Shown: positions 21,501 through 31,910 of the stretch, piece by piece
Layout: every line of letters starts with the position of its first letter
Numbering within the stretch: the stretch's first letter is position 1
Assembly (NCBI GenBank): GCA_963764705.1
Contig: CAVXTR010000004.1
Location: 263,752-327,751 of the forward strand
DNA length: 64,000 nt
Direction of reading: 5' to 3'
From: an uncultured Alphaproteobacteria bacterium
GTDB lineage: Bacteria; Pseudomonadota; Alphaproteobacteria; Rhizobiales; Xanthobacteraceae
The notes under the pieces: generated by a model
The model's input: only the letters and a program-made list of their open reading frames with translations
Database searches by the model: none
What the model was told of the DNA's origin: nothing
Program-made: the position numbers and the translations under genes

Positions 21501-21648
21501 CGTCCCCTGCGATATCGTTAAAATGCATTAAGGTCTAGGGCAACGAAACCGCAACGCGCACGCCGCGCGGAATGTGGCGCGATCGGGATTCAAAAATTTC
21601 CGTTGAACTTGAAGTACTTCCCGTTTCTGAAGCGCTTCGGTCGGATGA

Positions 21649-22416
21649 TCACGGTTCCAGCGCAATCGCATGAACGTGCCGGCCGTAGTCGGCTTCCTTG
21701 CGGTGGACCGAGCGGCGGTAGCTGTAGAAGCGCTCGTCGGAATAGGTGTCGACGCCGATGTCGTCGATCATCAGGACGCCGGCGCGTTCCAGCCGCATCC
21801 GGATAAAGCCGGCGAGGTCGAACATCGCATGGCCCGACCGGACCGAGGGGATGAAGAACGAAGCATTGCCCGCGTCGGCATCGACGAAGCGGTCGACGAA
21901 TTCGCCGCCCACTTCATAGGAGTTCTGGCGGATCAAGGGACCGATCGCCACCACCATGCTGCCGCGGTCGGCGCCGAGTTTCTCCATCGCGTCGATGGTC
22001 GATTCCACAACACCGGTCAGTGCGCCCTTCCAGCCGGCATGGGCGGCGCCGATCACGCGCGCGGCCGGATCGGCAAATAAAATCGGGCCGCAGTCGGCCG
22101 TGGTGATGCCGATGGCGAGACCCTCGGTGCGGGTGACGATGGCGTCGGCGCGGGGCCGTGTTTCGCTCGGCCACGGTCCGGTCGCGACCACCGCGTCCGG
22201 CGAATGGATCTGGTGCACGCTGAGAAACTGTTCCGACGTAACTCCCATCTGTTCCGCCATCCGGCGGCGATTTTCGATGACATTGGCGGGATCGTCGTTG
22301 GAGCCGAGACCGCCATTGAGGCCGGCATAGACGCCGTCGGACACGCCGCCCTCGCGGCTGAAGAAAGCATGGCGCAGGCCGGGAATGGCCGAGAGCAGCG
22401 ACGAGCCGAAGGTCAT
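21649..22416 (-). CDS. pgeF: Peptidoglycan editing factor PgeF / YfiH family
   Basis: HQIHS, TADCGPIL, AAHAGWKG, FYSYRR. Confidence 0.9.
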   Translation of the reverse strand: MTFGSSLLSAIPGLRHAFFSREGGVSDGVYAGLNGGLGSNDDPANVIENRRRMAEQMGVTSEQFLSVHQIHSPDAVVATGPWPSETRPRADAIVTRTEGLAIGITTADCGPILFADPAARVIGAAHAGWKGALTGVVESTIDAMEKLGADRGSMVVAIGPLIRQNSYEVGGEFVDRFVDADAGNASFFIPSVRSGHAMFDLAGFIRMRLERAGVLMIDDIGVDTYSDERFYSYRRSVHRKEADYGRHVHAIALEP

Positions 22417-23540
22417 GGCGTGTTGGCTCCCGATGCCGGCGGCTCGTCGCTGAGGCCCGCGACCGAAGTGAGGTTCGGTTCGGTCACCGCCAGTACCTTG
22501 AACATCGAGCCCATACCGCCGCGACCACTGTCGGTGAGCCTCTTTAAGGCGCCTGAAATATCGGCGGACACCTCCGCCGTGGTCTTGCCCATCAGGGTGA
22601 CGGCGCGGGTCTCGATGCCGAGCCGCTTGAGGAAATCGCCCTGCGTTACCGGGCCGTGGATACGGGCGCCGAGATCCTGCGCCGCGCGCGTCAGCGCCTG
22701 AAAATCGACATGGGCGGTGACGTCGGCCTGCCCGGGATTTTTCAGGGGGTCGGCAAAACTGTGGCGGGCGATGGCCTGGAACGTATCGCCGGCATCGCTG
22801 CGCATATGGCCGTAATCGATGATCAGCGCCGCGCCGTCCTGGTCGCGGACGCGGGTCGCGATTTTCATGATCTCGGAATCCGGGCGCCATTCGAACACGG
22901 CGCCGACCGGTGCCGCGCGCACCAGCGGCGGCAGCAACACCTCGAAACGCGGCGTGGGTTCGGCGGCGGCGGCGAACACCAGCCGATCGTTGGCATCGAG
23001 GTTGACCACGCGTTCGTGCCAGCCGGTCTCGCGCTTGACCACCTGATGGATCGGCAGCACGTCGAAATATTCGTTGGCGAAGATCACCGCGGGCCCTTCG
23101 GGCACCTCGTCGATGCTGTCATGCCAGGAAATATTGCGCACGCCTGACAGCGTCGCGCGCTGCTTCTCGCGCAGCACCGGATTGATCTCGACGAGATGAA
23201 CGCTGAGCGCCTGATAGAGCGGCGGCAGCACCCGAAGCGCGCGCAGCGCATCCGCCATCATGGTGCCGCGGCCGGGTCCGAGCTCGATCAGCCGCAGCGT
23301 CGGCGGCGAGCCGATCGCCTTCCAGACCGAGGCCGCCCACAACCCGAGCAGTTCGCCGAACATCTGGCTGACCTCGGGGGCGGTGGTGAAATCGCCCTCG
23401 CGGCCAAGCGGATCGCGCGACACGTAGTAGCCGTGCTCCGGATGCAGCAGGCACAACTCCATGTATCGCCAGACCGGCATCGGTCCCGACGATTTGATCA
23501 GCTTCTTGATCTCCGACTGCAGCGGCGAAAATTCTGTCAC
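22413..23540 (-). CDS. SAM-dependent methyltransferase, MidA/NDUFAF7 family
   Basis: GDFTTAPEVSQMFGE, ELGPGRGT, ANEYFD, IDYG, DVTAHVDF. Confidence 0.9.
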   Translation of the reverse strand: MTEFSPLQSEIKKLIKSSGPMPVWRYMELCLLHPEHGYYVSRDPLGREGDFTTAPEVSQMFGELLGLWAASVWKAIGSPPTLRLIELGPGRGTMMADALRALRVLPPLYQALSVHLVEINPVLREKQRATLSGVRNISWHDSIDEVPEGPAVIFANEYFDVLPIHQVVKRETGWHERVVNLDANDRLVFAAAAEPTPRFEVLLPPLVRAAPVGAVFEWRPDSEIMKIATRVRDQDGAALIIDYGHMRSDAGDTFQAIARHSFADPLKNPGQADVTAHVDFQALTRAAQDLGARIHGPVTQGDFLKRLGIETRAVTLMGKTTAEVSADISGALKRLTDSGRGGMGSMFKVLAVTEPNLTSVAGLSDEPPASGANTP

Positions 23541-23560
23541 GGTCTGCCTTAAATTGACTT

Positions 23561-24391
23561 CTAAATATGTTTCGGCGTCTCGCGGCGCCATGCCTTTACT
23601 ATAAGGATAACGCCGACAATAATCATCGGCACCGACAGCAGCATACCCATTGTCAGCCCGCCCCACAAAAATCCGAGCTGGGCGTCGGGTTCTCTGAAGA
23701 ATTCACTCGCAATGCGCGCAAAAGCATAAATCGCAATGAAACTGCCGAGGATCAGTCCCGGCCGTTTCAGAGCGCCCATCCGGATCATGATTGCCAGAAT
23801 CGTGAACAGCAGGATGCCTTCGAGCCCCGCTTCATAGAGCTGGCTGGGGTGCCGCGGCAGCGGCCCGCCGTTGGGAAACACCATCGCCCACGGCACGCTC
23901 GCGTCCGCCGTCCGGCCCCACAGCTCGCTGTTGATGAAGTTGGCGAGCCGCCCGAGAAACAACCCGATCGGACCGACCGCGGTGGTGATGTCGCCGAGCG
24001 AGAGGATCGAAATGCCGTTGGCGCGGCAGAACAGCATCACCGCGGCGACGCAGCCGAGGAAGCCGCCGTGAAACGACATGCCGCCGTTCCACAGTTGGAA
24101 AATCTCGGCTGGGTACTGCATGAAGAAGGCGGGGTTGTAGAACAGCACGTAACCGGTGCGGCCGCCGACGATGATGCCGATCGTCACCCACAGGATGAAA
24201 TCGTCGAGCTGCAGCAGCGTGATCGGCGCCGGGCCGCCCCACAACCTCTCCTTCTTCACCAATGAGCGGGCATAGAGCCAGCCGAACACGATGCCGCAGA
24301 TATAGGCCAGCGCATACCAGCGGATCGCGATCGGCCCGATCTGGAGCGCGATCGGGTTGAATACCGGAAAGGCGATGGTGAGAAACGGCAT
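23561..24391 (-). CDS. lgt: Prolipoprotein diacylglyceryl transferase
   Basis: [43 protein letters not shown]. Confidence 0.96.
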   Translation of the reverse strand: MPFLTIAFPVFNPIALQIGPIAIRWYALAYICGIVFGWLYARSLVKKERLWGGPAPITLLQLDDFILWVTIGIIVGGRTGYVLFYNPAFFMQYPAEIFQLWNGGMSFHGGFLGCVAAVMLFCRANGISILSLGDITTAVGPIGLFLGRLANFINSELWGRTADASVPWAMVFPNGGPLPRHPSQLYEAGLEGILLFTILAIMIRMGALKRPGLILGSFIAIYAFARIASEFFREPDAQLGFLWGGLTMGMLLSVPMIIVGVILIVKAWRRETPKHI

Positions 24392-24405
24392 CGAGTGTCG
24401 ACGCT

Positions 24406-25140
24406 CTAGGCGACGAGGTTGCGGCGATAGAGCGCCAGCAGCCGCTCCCAATGCCGCTCGGCGGCGTCGCGGTCGTAGATCGGGCGCTTCGGGAACGCAA
24501 AGCCGTGATGGGTGCCGGGATAGAGTTCGACCTCGTTCTTGCTGCCCTTCATGCCTTCGCGCACCTTCTCGACGATTTCCGGCGGCGCATAGACGTCGGT
24601 CTCGGCACAACCGAAATAGAGTTCGGCCTTGGTCTTGCTGGCGGCGAGGTGCGGGCTGTCGGGCTGGTCGGTCGCGAGCTGTACGCCGTAGATCGATGCG
24701 GCTGCCTTGACGCGATCGGGGAAATGCGTCGCCGCATTGACCGCATAACGCCCGCTCATGCAGTAGCCAACGGTGCCGATAATCTTGGTGTTCGCCGCTT
24801 TCTGGGTGCCGGCATAAGCGAGCAGGGCCTTGGTGTCTTCCATGACCAGCGGAATCGTCAGCGAGTGCATTAGCTCGAACATCTTCTTGCGCTCGGGCGA
24901 TTCCGGATCGGGATTGATCGGCCCGAGCTCCATGACGCCGGCGCGGTAGTACATGTTGGGCAGCATCACATAATAACCCGCCGTGCCGAGACGCCGCGCC
25001 ATGTCGCGCAGTTCCTCGCGGATCGCCGGCGCGTCCATGTAGAAAATAATGACCGGAAACGGCCCGCCGCGTTCGGGATGGGTGATGAACGTGGTGGTCT
25101 TGCCGTCCTTGGTCTCGATGTCGATTTGCTGGTCGATCAT
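24406..25140 (-). CDS. Dienelactone hydrolase family protein
   Basis: GYCMSG nucleophile elbow, HGFAF catalytic His. Confidence 0.88.
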   Translation of the reverse strand: MIDQQIDIETKDGKTTTFITHPERGGPFPVIIFYMDAPAIREELRDMARRLGTAGYYVMLPNMYYRAGVMELGPINPDPESPERKKMFELMHSLTIPLVMEDTKALLAYAGTQKAANTKIIGTVGYCMSGRYAVNAATHFPDRVKAAASIYGVQLATDQPDSPHLAASKTKAELYFGCAETDVYAPPEIVEKVREGMKGSKNEVELYPGTHHGFAFPKRPIYDRDAAERHWERLLALYRRNLVA

Positions 25141-25351
25141 GGGCGTTTCTTGCCTGTTATGATTCTGGTTTCTGATTGGGCGCACGAATACGATTGCAAG
25201 GAAACCGGAGCATGACAAGGTAAACGGCCATCACATTGGCCTTGAAGCATGCCTTTGATCAGGGGCCTTGATCAGGGGCCTTGGCATCGCCATTGTCTTG
25301 TCTGACGAAGTTTTGCGTAACGATACCTTAGCTGTGACCGGAGCGTTCCAG

Positions 25352-25612
25352 ATGACCCAGACCAACAATCGGTTTTTCGACGAGATCGGCCGTTTGATGA
25401 ACGACGCCGCCGGCGCCGCCCAGGGCGTCAAGCGCGAGGTCGATGCCGTGGTCCGCAATCAGGCCGAACGCATCTTGCGCGACCTCGATCTGGTCAAGCG
25501 TGAGGAGTTCGACGCGGTCAAGGACATGGCCCGGCTTGCGCGCGAGGAAAACGAGGCGCTGAAGGCGCGGATTGCGGCCCTGGAAGCCAAGCTCGGAGTG
25601 ACGAACGGCTGA
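25352..25612 (+). CDS. Accessory factor UbiK / BMFP family protein
   Basis: LDLVKREEFD plus C-terminal coiled coil ARIAALEA. Confidence 0.85.
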   Translation: MTQTNNRFFDEIGRLMNDAAGAAQGVKREVDAVVRNQAERILRDLDLVKREEFDAVKDMARLAREENEALKARIAALEAKLGVTNG

Positions 25613-25627
25613 CGGCTGCGACCTCGG

Positions 25628-26233
25628 ATGGCTAAAGCCAAGCGCGATCTGCCGGTCATTGCGTTCAAATCGCAACAGGCCTGGGAAGCATGGCTGGCGT
25701 CGCAGCCTGCGGATTCCAGGGGTTTGTGGCTCAAACTGGCCAAGAAATCGTCGGGAATAGCCAGCGTTTCGAGACAGGAAGCGATCGATACGGCGCTATG
25801 CCATGGCTGGATCGATGGCCAGCTCGACGCCTTCGACGACGCGTTCTGGCTGATCCGTTTCACGCCCCGTCAATCCGCCAGCAAGTGGTCCGAGAAGAAC
25901 CGCGCGCGGGCGCTTGAACTCGTCAAGTTGAAGCGGATGCACCCGGCGGGATTGCGAGAGATCGATCGCGCCAAAAAGGACGGCCGCTGGGACGCCGCCT
26001 ATGCGCCGCAGCGCACGGCCGAGGTGCCCGACGATCTCCGCGTTGCGCTTTCCAGGAACAAGGGAGCAAAAAGCTTCTTCGAGACGCTCGACGGCGCCAA
26101 CCGTTTCGCGATTCTTTACCGGGTCCACAGCGCCAGGAAGCCGGAGACCCGGACGGCGCGGATCGAGAAGTTCGTCGCGATGCTGGCCGAGGGCAAGACG
26201 ATCCATCCCTTGAAGGCCCGAAAACGGGCCTAG
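25628..26233 (+). CDS. YdeI/OmpD-associated family protein
   Basis: ALCHGWIDG, RFTPR…SKWS, VPDDL, ARKPETR. Confidence 0.88.
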   Translation: MAKAKRDLPVIAFKSQQAWEAWLASQPADSRGLWLKLAKKSSGIASVSRQEAIDTALCHGWIDGQLDAFDDAFWLIRFTPRQSASKWSEKNRARALELVKLKRMHPAGLREIDRAKKDGRWDAAYAPQRTAEVPDDLRVALSRNKGAKSFFETLDGANRFAILYRVHSARKPETRTARIEKFVAMLAEGKTIHPLKARKRA

Positions 26234-26444
26234 CTGGCCGGATTCGGCGGCTTGGCGTACCGTTCGGCAATCCGGGATTCGGGCGACGGGGAGCATAAAA
26301 ATCCCTTCATTTCCTTGTCATTTTGCCCCTTTGAGGTTAAAAGCCCGCCACGTCCGCAGCCCCCGCACCCCTGGAGGCTTGCTGTAGGACGCCCATGGGC
26401 CGCGATGCGGCCTTTAACTTTTTAGAAAACAAGGACTTACGACA

Positions 26445-27203
26445 ATGGCGACCGTCAAGGAATTGAAGGCGACCGCGCGTCCGAAGAGCGGCAAGGGGGC
26501 CGCCCGGGCAGAGCGTCGCGCCGGGAGAGTTCCCGGAGTGATCTATGGTAACAACCTGCCCCCCACGCCGATCTCGGTCGACGATGCCGAACTGCGCCTG
26601 CGCATTCAGGCCGGCCGGTTCCTCACCACGATTTACGACATCGATCTCGAGGGCAAGAAGCACCGCGTGATTCCGCGCGACTTCCACCTCGATCCGGTTC
26701 GCGATTTCCCGCTCCATGTCGATTTCATGCGGCTCGGCGAAGGCGCGACCATCCGCGTCAGCGTTCCCCTGCGTGTCGTCAACGGCGAAGCCTCGCCGGG
26801 CGTCAAGCGCGGCGGCACCGTCAACATCGTCACCCACTCCATCGAACTCGAATGCTCGGTCGACAACATTCCGCAGTACATCGAGGCCGATGCCAGCACG
26901 CTGGAAATCAGCCATTCGCTGCATCTGTCCGATATCAAGCTGCCGGCCGGCGTGAAGTCGCTGTCGCGTGAAGACGCGACGCTGGTGACGATCGTGCCGC
27001 CGTCCGGCTACGCCGAAGAAATCAAGGCGGCTGCGGCTGCCGCGGCAGGCGGTGCGGTTCCGGCGGCGGGTGCCGCTCCGGCGGCGGGTGCTGCTGCGCC
27101 TGCGGCGGGTGCTGCTCCGGCGGCAGGTGCCAAGGCTCCGGCGGCGGGCGCGAAGGCCCCGGCGGCTGCTAAGGCGCCGGCTGGCGGCGACAAGAAGAAG
27201 TAA
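26445..27203 (+). CDS. rplY: 50S ribosomal protein L25 / Ctc
   Basis: GKGAARAERRAGRVPGVIYG, HVDF, PGVKRGG; rplY-pth-ychF order. Confidence 0.96.
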   Translation: MATVKELKATARPKSGKGAARAERRAGRVPGVIYGNNLPPTPISVDDAELRLRIQAGRFLTTIYDIDLEGKKHRVIPRDFHLDPVRDFPLHVDFMRLGEGATIRVSVPLRVVNGEASPGVKRGGTVNIVTHSIELECSVDNIPQYIEADASTLEISHSLHLSDIKLPAGVKSLSREDATLVTIVPPSGYAEEIKAAAAAAAGGAVPAAGAAPAAGAAAPAAGAAPAAGAKAPAAGAKAPAAAKAPAGGDKKK

Positions 27204-27204
27204 G

Positions 27205-27316
27205 AGCGCATGATCCGCCAAAGTGTGAGCGGTTTGGCGAAAGATCATGCGCCACTTCAAAAAGTGGCGCGCGATCGGACGCAAAACCGGTTCCCACTTT
27301 TGCTGATCGCGCGCTG
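27205..27316. repeat. Tandem palindromic repeats
   Basis: gcgcatgatc…gatcatgcgc and gcgcgcgatc…gatcgcgcgc. Confidence 0.7.
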
Positions 27317-27333
27317 ACGCGGGATGCCGCGTC

Positions 27334-27939
27334 ATGCGCCTGTTTGTTGGTCTCGGTAACCCCGGCGGAAAGTACGTCAACAACCGCCACAACATCGGGT
27401 TCATGGCCGTCGATGAAATTGCGCGGCGTCATGGTTTCGGACCATGGCGCCGCCGCTTTCAGGGCGAGACATCCGAAGGCACGCTCGACGGCGAGAAGGT
27501 CGTGGTGCTGAAGCCGACCACCTTCATGAACGAGTCCGGGCGCGCGGTTCAGGAAGCGGCGAATTTCTTCAAGCTCTCCGCCGGCGAGATCACCGTGTTT
27601 CAGGACGAGCTCGAACTGCCGCCGGGGAAAGTGCGCGTCAAGATCGGCGGCGGTATCGCCGGCCATAACGGGCTGCGTTCGATCTCCTCGCATATCGGCA
27701 ACGAGTATCGCCGGGTGCGGCTCGGGATCGGTCATCCCGGCGTCAAGGAACTGGTGCACAGCCACGTGCTGTCGGATTTTGCCAAGAGCGATCGGCCCTG
27801 GGTCGAGGCGCTGTGCGAGGCGGTCGCCGATGCCGCCGCGCTGCTGACCGATGGCCGTGACTCGACGTTTCAGAACAAGGTGCATCTGGCCTTGCAGGCC
27901 AGGGGATTTTTCGAGAAGGGCGATGACGGCGCCGCGTAA
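27334..27939 (+). CDS. pth: Peptidyl-tRNA hydrolase
   Basis: [37 protein letters not shown]. Confidence 0.97.
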   Translation: MRLFVGLGNPGGKYVNNRHNIGFMAVDEIARRHGFGPWRRRFQGETSEGTLDGEKVVVLKPTTFMNESGRAVQEAANFFKLSAGEITVFQDELELPPGKVRVKIGGGIAGHNGLRSISSHIGNEYRRVRLGIGHPGVKELVHSHVLSDFAKSDRPWVEALCEAVADAAALLTDGRDSTFQNKVHLALQARGFFEKGDDGAA

Positions 27940-27978
27940 CGCGCCGCTGATCGCCCGCAACCGACTTCAGGACACATT

Positions 27979-29076
27979 ATGGGATTCAAATGCGGTATCG
28001 TCGGACTGCCCAATGTCGGCAAGTCCACGCTGTTCAACGCACTGACCGAGACGGCGGCGGCGCAGGCGGCGAATTATCCGTTCTGCACCATCGAGCCGAA
28101 TGTCGGTGAAGTCGCGGTGCCGGATCCCCGGCTCGACAAGCTTTCTGAAATCGCCAAGTCGGCCCAGATCATCCCGACCCGGCTGACCTTCGTCGATATC
28201 GCCGGCCTGGTGCGCGGCGCGTCCAAGGGCGAAGGCCTCGGCAACCAGTTCCTCGCCACTATCCGCGAGGTCGATGCGATAGCCCATGTGGTGCGCTGCT
28301 TTGAAGACTCCGACATCACCCATGTCGAAGGCAAGATCGCGCCGCTGGCCGATATCGAGACCATCGAGACCGAGCTGATGCTGGCCGATCTCGACAGCCT
28401 CGAGAAGCGCGTCGACAACCTGTCGAAAAAGGCCAAGGGCAACGACAAGGACGCCAAGGAAACGCTCGACCTCGTCAACCGCGCGCTGGTGCTGTTGCGC
28501 GAAGGCAAGCCAGCACGGTTCCTCGAGCGCAAGCCCGAGGAAGAGCGTGCTTTCGGGATGCTGGGCCTCCTGACCTCCAAGCCGGTGCTTTATGTCTGCA
28601 ACGTCGAGGAAGGCTCGGCCAAGGACGGCAACAATTTTTCGAAGCAGGTGTTCGAACACGCCAAGAAAGAGGGCGCGGTCGCGGTGGTGATCTCGGCCAA
28701 GATCGAATCCGAAATCGCAACCCTGTCGCGCGACGAGCGCGTCGACTTTCTCGACACCCTCGGCCTCGAAGAGGCCGGCCTCGACCGCCTGATCCGCGCC
28801 GGCTACCAGTTGCTCGACCTCATCACCTATTTCACCGTCGGTCCGAAAGAGGCGCGCGCCTGGACCATTCACCGCGGCACCAAGGGACCCGCCGCGGCCG
28901 GCGTGATCCATACCGATTTTGAAAAAGGCTTCATCCGTGCCGAAACCATCGCCTATGCCGACTATGTCGCGCTCGGCGGCGAAGCCGGCGCCCGCGACGG
29001 CGGCAAGCTGCGGCTGGAAGGCAAGGAATACGTCGTCGCCGACGGCGACGTGATGCATTTCCGGTTTAATAATTGA
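27979..29076 (+). CDS. ychF: Redox-regulated ATPase YchF
   Basis: GIVGLPNVGKSTLFNALT, NYPFCTIEPN, DIAGLV, TGS domain. Confidence 0.97.
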   Translation: MGFKCGIVGLPNVGKSTLFNALTETAAAQAANYPFCTIEPNVGEVAVPDPRLDKLSEIAKSAQIIPTRLTFVDIAGLVRGASKGEGLGNQFLATIREVDAIAHVVRCFEDSDITHVEGKIAPLADIETIETELMLADLDSLEKRVDNLSKKAKGNDKDAKETLDLVNRALVLLREGKPARFLERKPEEERAFGMLGLLTSKPVLYVCNVEEGSAKDGNNFSKQVFEHAKKEGAVAVVISAKIESEIATLSRDERVDFLDTLGLEEAGLDRLIRAGYQLLDLITYFTVGPKEARAWTIHRGTKGPAAAGVIHTDFEKGFIRAETIAYADYVALGGEAGARDGGKLRLEGKEYVVADGDVMHFRFNN

Positions 29077-29090
29077 GAATTGCTTGTGCG

Positions 29091-29204
29091 TGCCCCGGAC
29101 GCTGCGCAGCGCGTTAGCGGTGCGCTGCAGAGCCGGGGCCTATTCCGGCATGGGTCCCGGCTCTGCGGAGCAGCGTAAAGACCGCTGCACCGCGTCCGGG
29201 ATAC
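29091..29204. repeat. Palindromic repeat between convergent genes
   Basis: tgccccggacgctgcgcagcg…ccgctgcaccgcgtccgggata; same family as 2841-3003. Confidence 0.75.
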
Positions 29205-29208
29205 CAAC

Positions 29209-29502
29209 TCAGCGCATCTGCCCCTGATCCCGGATCGCGCCGAGATGTTCGTTGATGCGGAACACGATCAGGATGAATTCGGCGGCGATGCGTGAAAACA
29301 CCACGCCGACCACGACGCCGGCGATCGAGGACAACAGCAGGATGAAGCCGCCGAACGGGCTGATCGCCATCGCGGCGAGGCCGGAAAAAATCCCGGAGAT
29401 GCCGAACAGGATGATCAGTCCAATCACCAGCCAGTAGAACGTCTTGATGATCGTGGGGGTGATGAAGCGGTCCCACTGAAACAGATCCTGAAAATCGAAC
29501 AT
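29209..29502 (-). CDS. DUF4282-like small membrane protein
   Basis: DRFITPTII, two TM helices, FRINEHL. Confidence 0.8.
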   Translation of the reverse strand: MFDFQDLFQWDRFITPTIIKTFYWLVIGLIILFGISGIFSGLAAMAISPFGGFILLLSSIAGVVVGVVFSRIAAEFILIVFRINEHLGAIRDQGQMR

Positions 29503-29709
29503 CGATGGTTCTCCCGGCAAATCAAAATGGGCAACGCCTGACGGCACAGGGCTAGCTCCGAATGCCGCTTCGGGCAAGCCAGAGGCGAGCGCCGCAGCCG
29601 GTGCTCGCCCGCGGCGAACGAGCCATGCGAGTGGACGGGTTGAGATTGCTGCAAATAACGGCCACAATCAGGCTTGCCCGCCATATTCCTCAATCCAAAT
29701 CCCTCATTG

Positions 29710-30171
29710 ATGACAACGCTCAGTTTCGAAGACTTCAAGCCCGGCCATTTCGGCACCTACGGGCCGCGCCACGTCACCCGCGAGGAGATTCTGGCCTTCG
29801 CGGCCGAATACGACCCGCAGCCGATGCATCTCGACGAAGAGGCCGCCAGGGCGTCGATGCTGCGGGGGTTGTCCGGCTCGGGCTGGCACCTCTGTTCGCT
29901 GCTGATGCGGATGATGTTCGACGGCTTCATCGGCCGCACCGCGTCGATGGGCTCGCCGGGCGTCAACGAACTGCGCTGGATGGCGCCGCTGCGGCCGGGC
30001 GACGATCTGACCGCCGATATCGAAGTCGCCGAGGCCCGGGTCTCGCGCAGCCGCCCCGATACCGGCATCGTGACCTTCAAGGGCGTGGTACGCAACGCGG
30101 CCGGCGTCACCCTGTGCGAGATGGTGTCGCCGATCATCGTGCGGCGGCGCGATCGCGCGGCGGCGGAGTAG
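29710..30171 (+). CDS. MaoC family dehydratase
   Basis: FAAEYDPQPMHLD, SGWH, PLRPGD. Confidence 0.88.
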   Translation: MTTLSFEDFKPGHFGTYGPRHVTREEILAFAAEYDPQPMHLDEEAARASMLRGLSGSGWHLCSLLMRMMFDGFIGRTASMGSPGVNELRWMAPLRPGDDLTADIEVAEARVSRSRPDTGIVTFKGVVRNAAGVTLCEMVSPIIVRRRDRAAAE

Positions 30172-30176
30172 ACCCC

Positions 30177-30659
30177 ATGCGTTTCTTTGAAGACATGGAG
30201 ATCGGTGCCCGCCGCGACGTCGGTTCGTTCACCTTCACCGCCGAATCGATCAAGCATTTTGCCGCGCAGTTCGACCCGCAGGCCTTTCATCTCGACGAGG
30301 AGGCGGGGCGCAACTCGCTGTTCGGAGGCCTTGCGGCGTCCGGCTGGCATGTCGGGTCGGTGTGCATGAAGCTGATGGTCGCCGACGGCCAGCGCTTGAT
30401 GCGGGAGGCGGCCGCGCGCGGCGAGAAAATCGCGTTGTGGGGACCGTCGCCGGGTTTTCGCGAACTGCGCTGGATCAGGCCGGTGCTGGCCGGCGACACC
30501 ATCAGCTTCACCAGCGTCATCGAATCGAAGCGGACGTCGGAGAAGCGGCCGGAATGGGGCATCCTGCAGGCCCGCAACGCCGGCACCAACCAGCGCGGCG
30601 AAGCCGTGTATTCGATGCTGGCGACCGCCTTCGTGCCGCGACGGATCGCCGGTTCCTGA
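30177..30659 (+). CDS. MaoC family dehydratase (tandem paralog)
   Basis: FAAQFDPQAFHLD, ASGWH, PVLAGD. Confidence 0.88.
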   Translation: MRFFEDMEIGARRDVGSFTFTAESIKHFAAQFDPQAFHLDEEAGRNSLFGGLAASGWHVGSVCMKLMVADGQRLMREAAARGEKIALWGPSPGFRELRWIRPVLAGDTISFTSVIESKRTSEKRPEWGILQARNAGTNQRGEAVYSMLATAFVPRRIAGS

Positions 30660-30791
30660 ATCAACATGGTTACCGGAAAGCGCCGTTAATCGATTGGTAT
30701 TGATAAATCCCGGGAACGGTTTGTTCGCTAACGCATTGTGAACTTTGTCCCTGCCATATCTGTTCTCAGGGAAAATACCGAGGGGATGACC

Positions 30792-30935
30792 ATGGCGGAT
30801 CGCAGCGGCCTGAAGTTCGTCGGCTTTATCTTTGCTACCATCACCCTTGCGGTGATGCTGACCGCCGCCACGGTGGTGAATACCTATGCCGACGGCGGCT
30901 ACTCGCTCGAGAGCACCACGTTCGCCAGCCGGTAG
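30792..30935 (+). CDS. Small single-TM hypothetical protein
   Basis: 47 aa with hydrophobic core FVGFIFATITLAVML; SD gagggg upstream. Confidence 0.55.
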   Translation: MADRSGLKFVGFIFATITLAVMLTAATVVNTYADGGYSLESTTFASR

Positions 30936-31019
30936 TTCGGGCATTCGCCGATCACGGACGGATTCGCGGGAGCCAAGGCTTTTCGCGAATCAGTTCCGGG
31001 CGACAATCCCGGCTTGAGA

Positions 31020-31157
31020 TCAGCGGCTCCAGAGCAGTCCCATCACCACGACGAAGATCAGCAGCAGTCCGACGAACCGGACCATGATGCTGCCGACATT
31101 GTGCTGCGAACGCTGCAGCGGAATCGGTTCCGCGTTGTCCGGGCGTACGCTTTCCAT
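31020..31157 (-). CDS. Small single-TM hypothetical protein
   Basis: 45 aa, C-terminal TM helix FVGLLLIFVVVMGLLW. Confidence 0.45.
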   Translation of the reverse strand: MESVRPDNAEPIPLQRSQHNVGSIMVRFVGLLLIFVVVMGLLWSR

Positions 31158-31256
31158 CGAGACTATCCCTAAAATTCCAGCCCGAATCCCCGTATTTGGG
31201 GAGGGCGCCTGCCGTTGGTCGCAGCCCACGGCCGGCAAGTTCAAATCCATCTCGTA

Positions 31257-31295
31257 AAATGAAACCGCCGCGCTCCCTTAACAGGAGGCGGCGGT
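31257..31295 (-). terminator. Rho-independent terminator of 31321-31740
   Basis: Minus strand accgccgc…gcggcggt stem followed by ttcatttt. Confidence 0.6.
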
Positions 31296-31320
31296 GGGTC
31301 AAGTCTTGACGCGGAAGCGT

Positions 31321-31740
31321 TTAGCTGTTGCGCAGCCCGTCGGCGGCGCGCTTCCACTGCGTGACGTTGTCGGCGATCATGCGCGTCGACTTCATCGCGG
31401 CCTGGCTGAGCTGGGCATAACCCGAGATTTCGCGCTGAACGCGCTGGCCTTCGGCATGCAGCAGGTCGCGCAGGCTTTCGAGTTCCGAAATCAGCTTCTC
31501 GATTTCAGCGAGCGAGGTTCCGGCGACGCGCTGGATCAGCGAGTTGACGTTGTTGACGGTGGCCTCGGCGGTCGCGTCGAGCGTCGTGGCCTCCGGGGTC
31601 GCGGCCGACGGGCGGCGCAGATAGGCGATGTCGTTGCGGACGAAGTCGCGGATGCCCGCTTCGACCTCGGTTACGGCGGCGAGGTTGGTGTCGACTTCCA
31701 CGGTTTCTTCAATGTCTTCGGAACGAATAGTAGCGTTCAT
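31321..31740 (-). CDS. Coiled-coil hypothetical protein
   Basis: 139 aa helical ORF, SD gagga, followed by a terminator. Confidence 0.75.
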   Translation of the reverse strand: MNATIRSEDIEETVEVDTNLAAVTEVEAGIRDFVRNDIAYLRRPSAATPEATTLDATAEATVNNVNSLIQRVAGTSLAEIEKLISELESLRDLLHAEGQRVQREISGYAQLSQAAMKSTRMIADNVTQWKRAADGLRNS

Positions 31741-31910
31741 CGGCTATTCCTCTGTTTCGCTTTGAAGCGAGCGCGGACGTCCCCCGCACGACGAAGTGGT
31801 ACGGTGCCATCTGGACTGCCGATTTTGACCGCATCTGGGCCAATATGCGGCAATGCTGGATCATTCCTGGGATGGCCGGGAACACCCGCGGTAGCCGGGG
31901 GAGGCGGCGC

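Noticed and set aside
21518-21531. TTAA-N6-TTAA upstream of the lipoprotein gene
   Set aside because: Spacer is 6, not the 7 of a full CtrA box; at best a half site.
25255-25283. Tandem 13-mer ttgatcaggggcc x2 upstream of the UbiK-like gene
   Set aside because: Only two copies without spacers, so not CRISPR; lacks the ATCAA half of an FNR/FixK box.
29562-30659. 365-aa ORF suggesting a fused MaoC protein
   Set aside because: The two MaoC genes are in different frames with their own stop and start (30171, 30177); the extension is non-coding frame.
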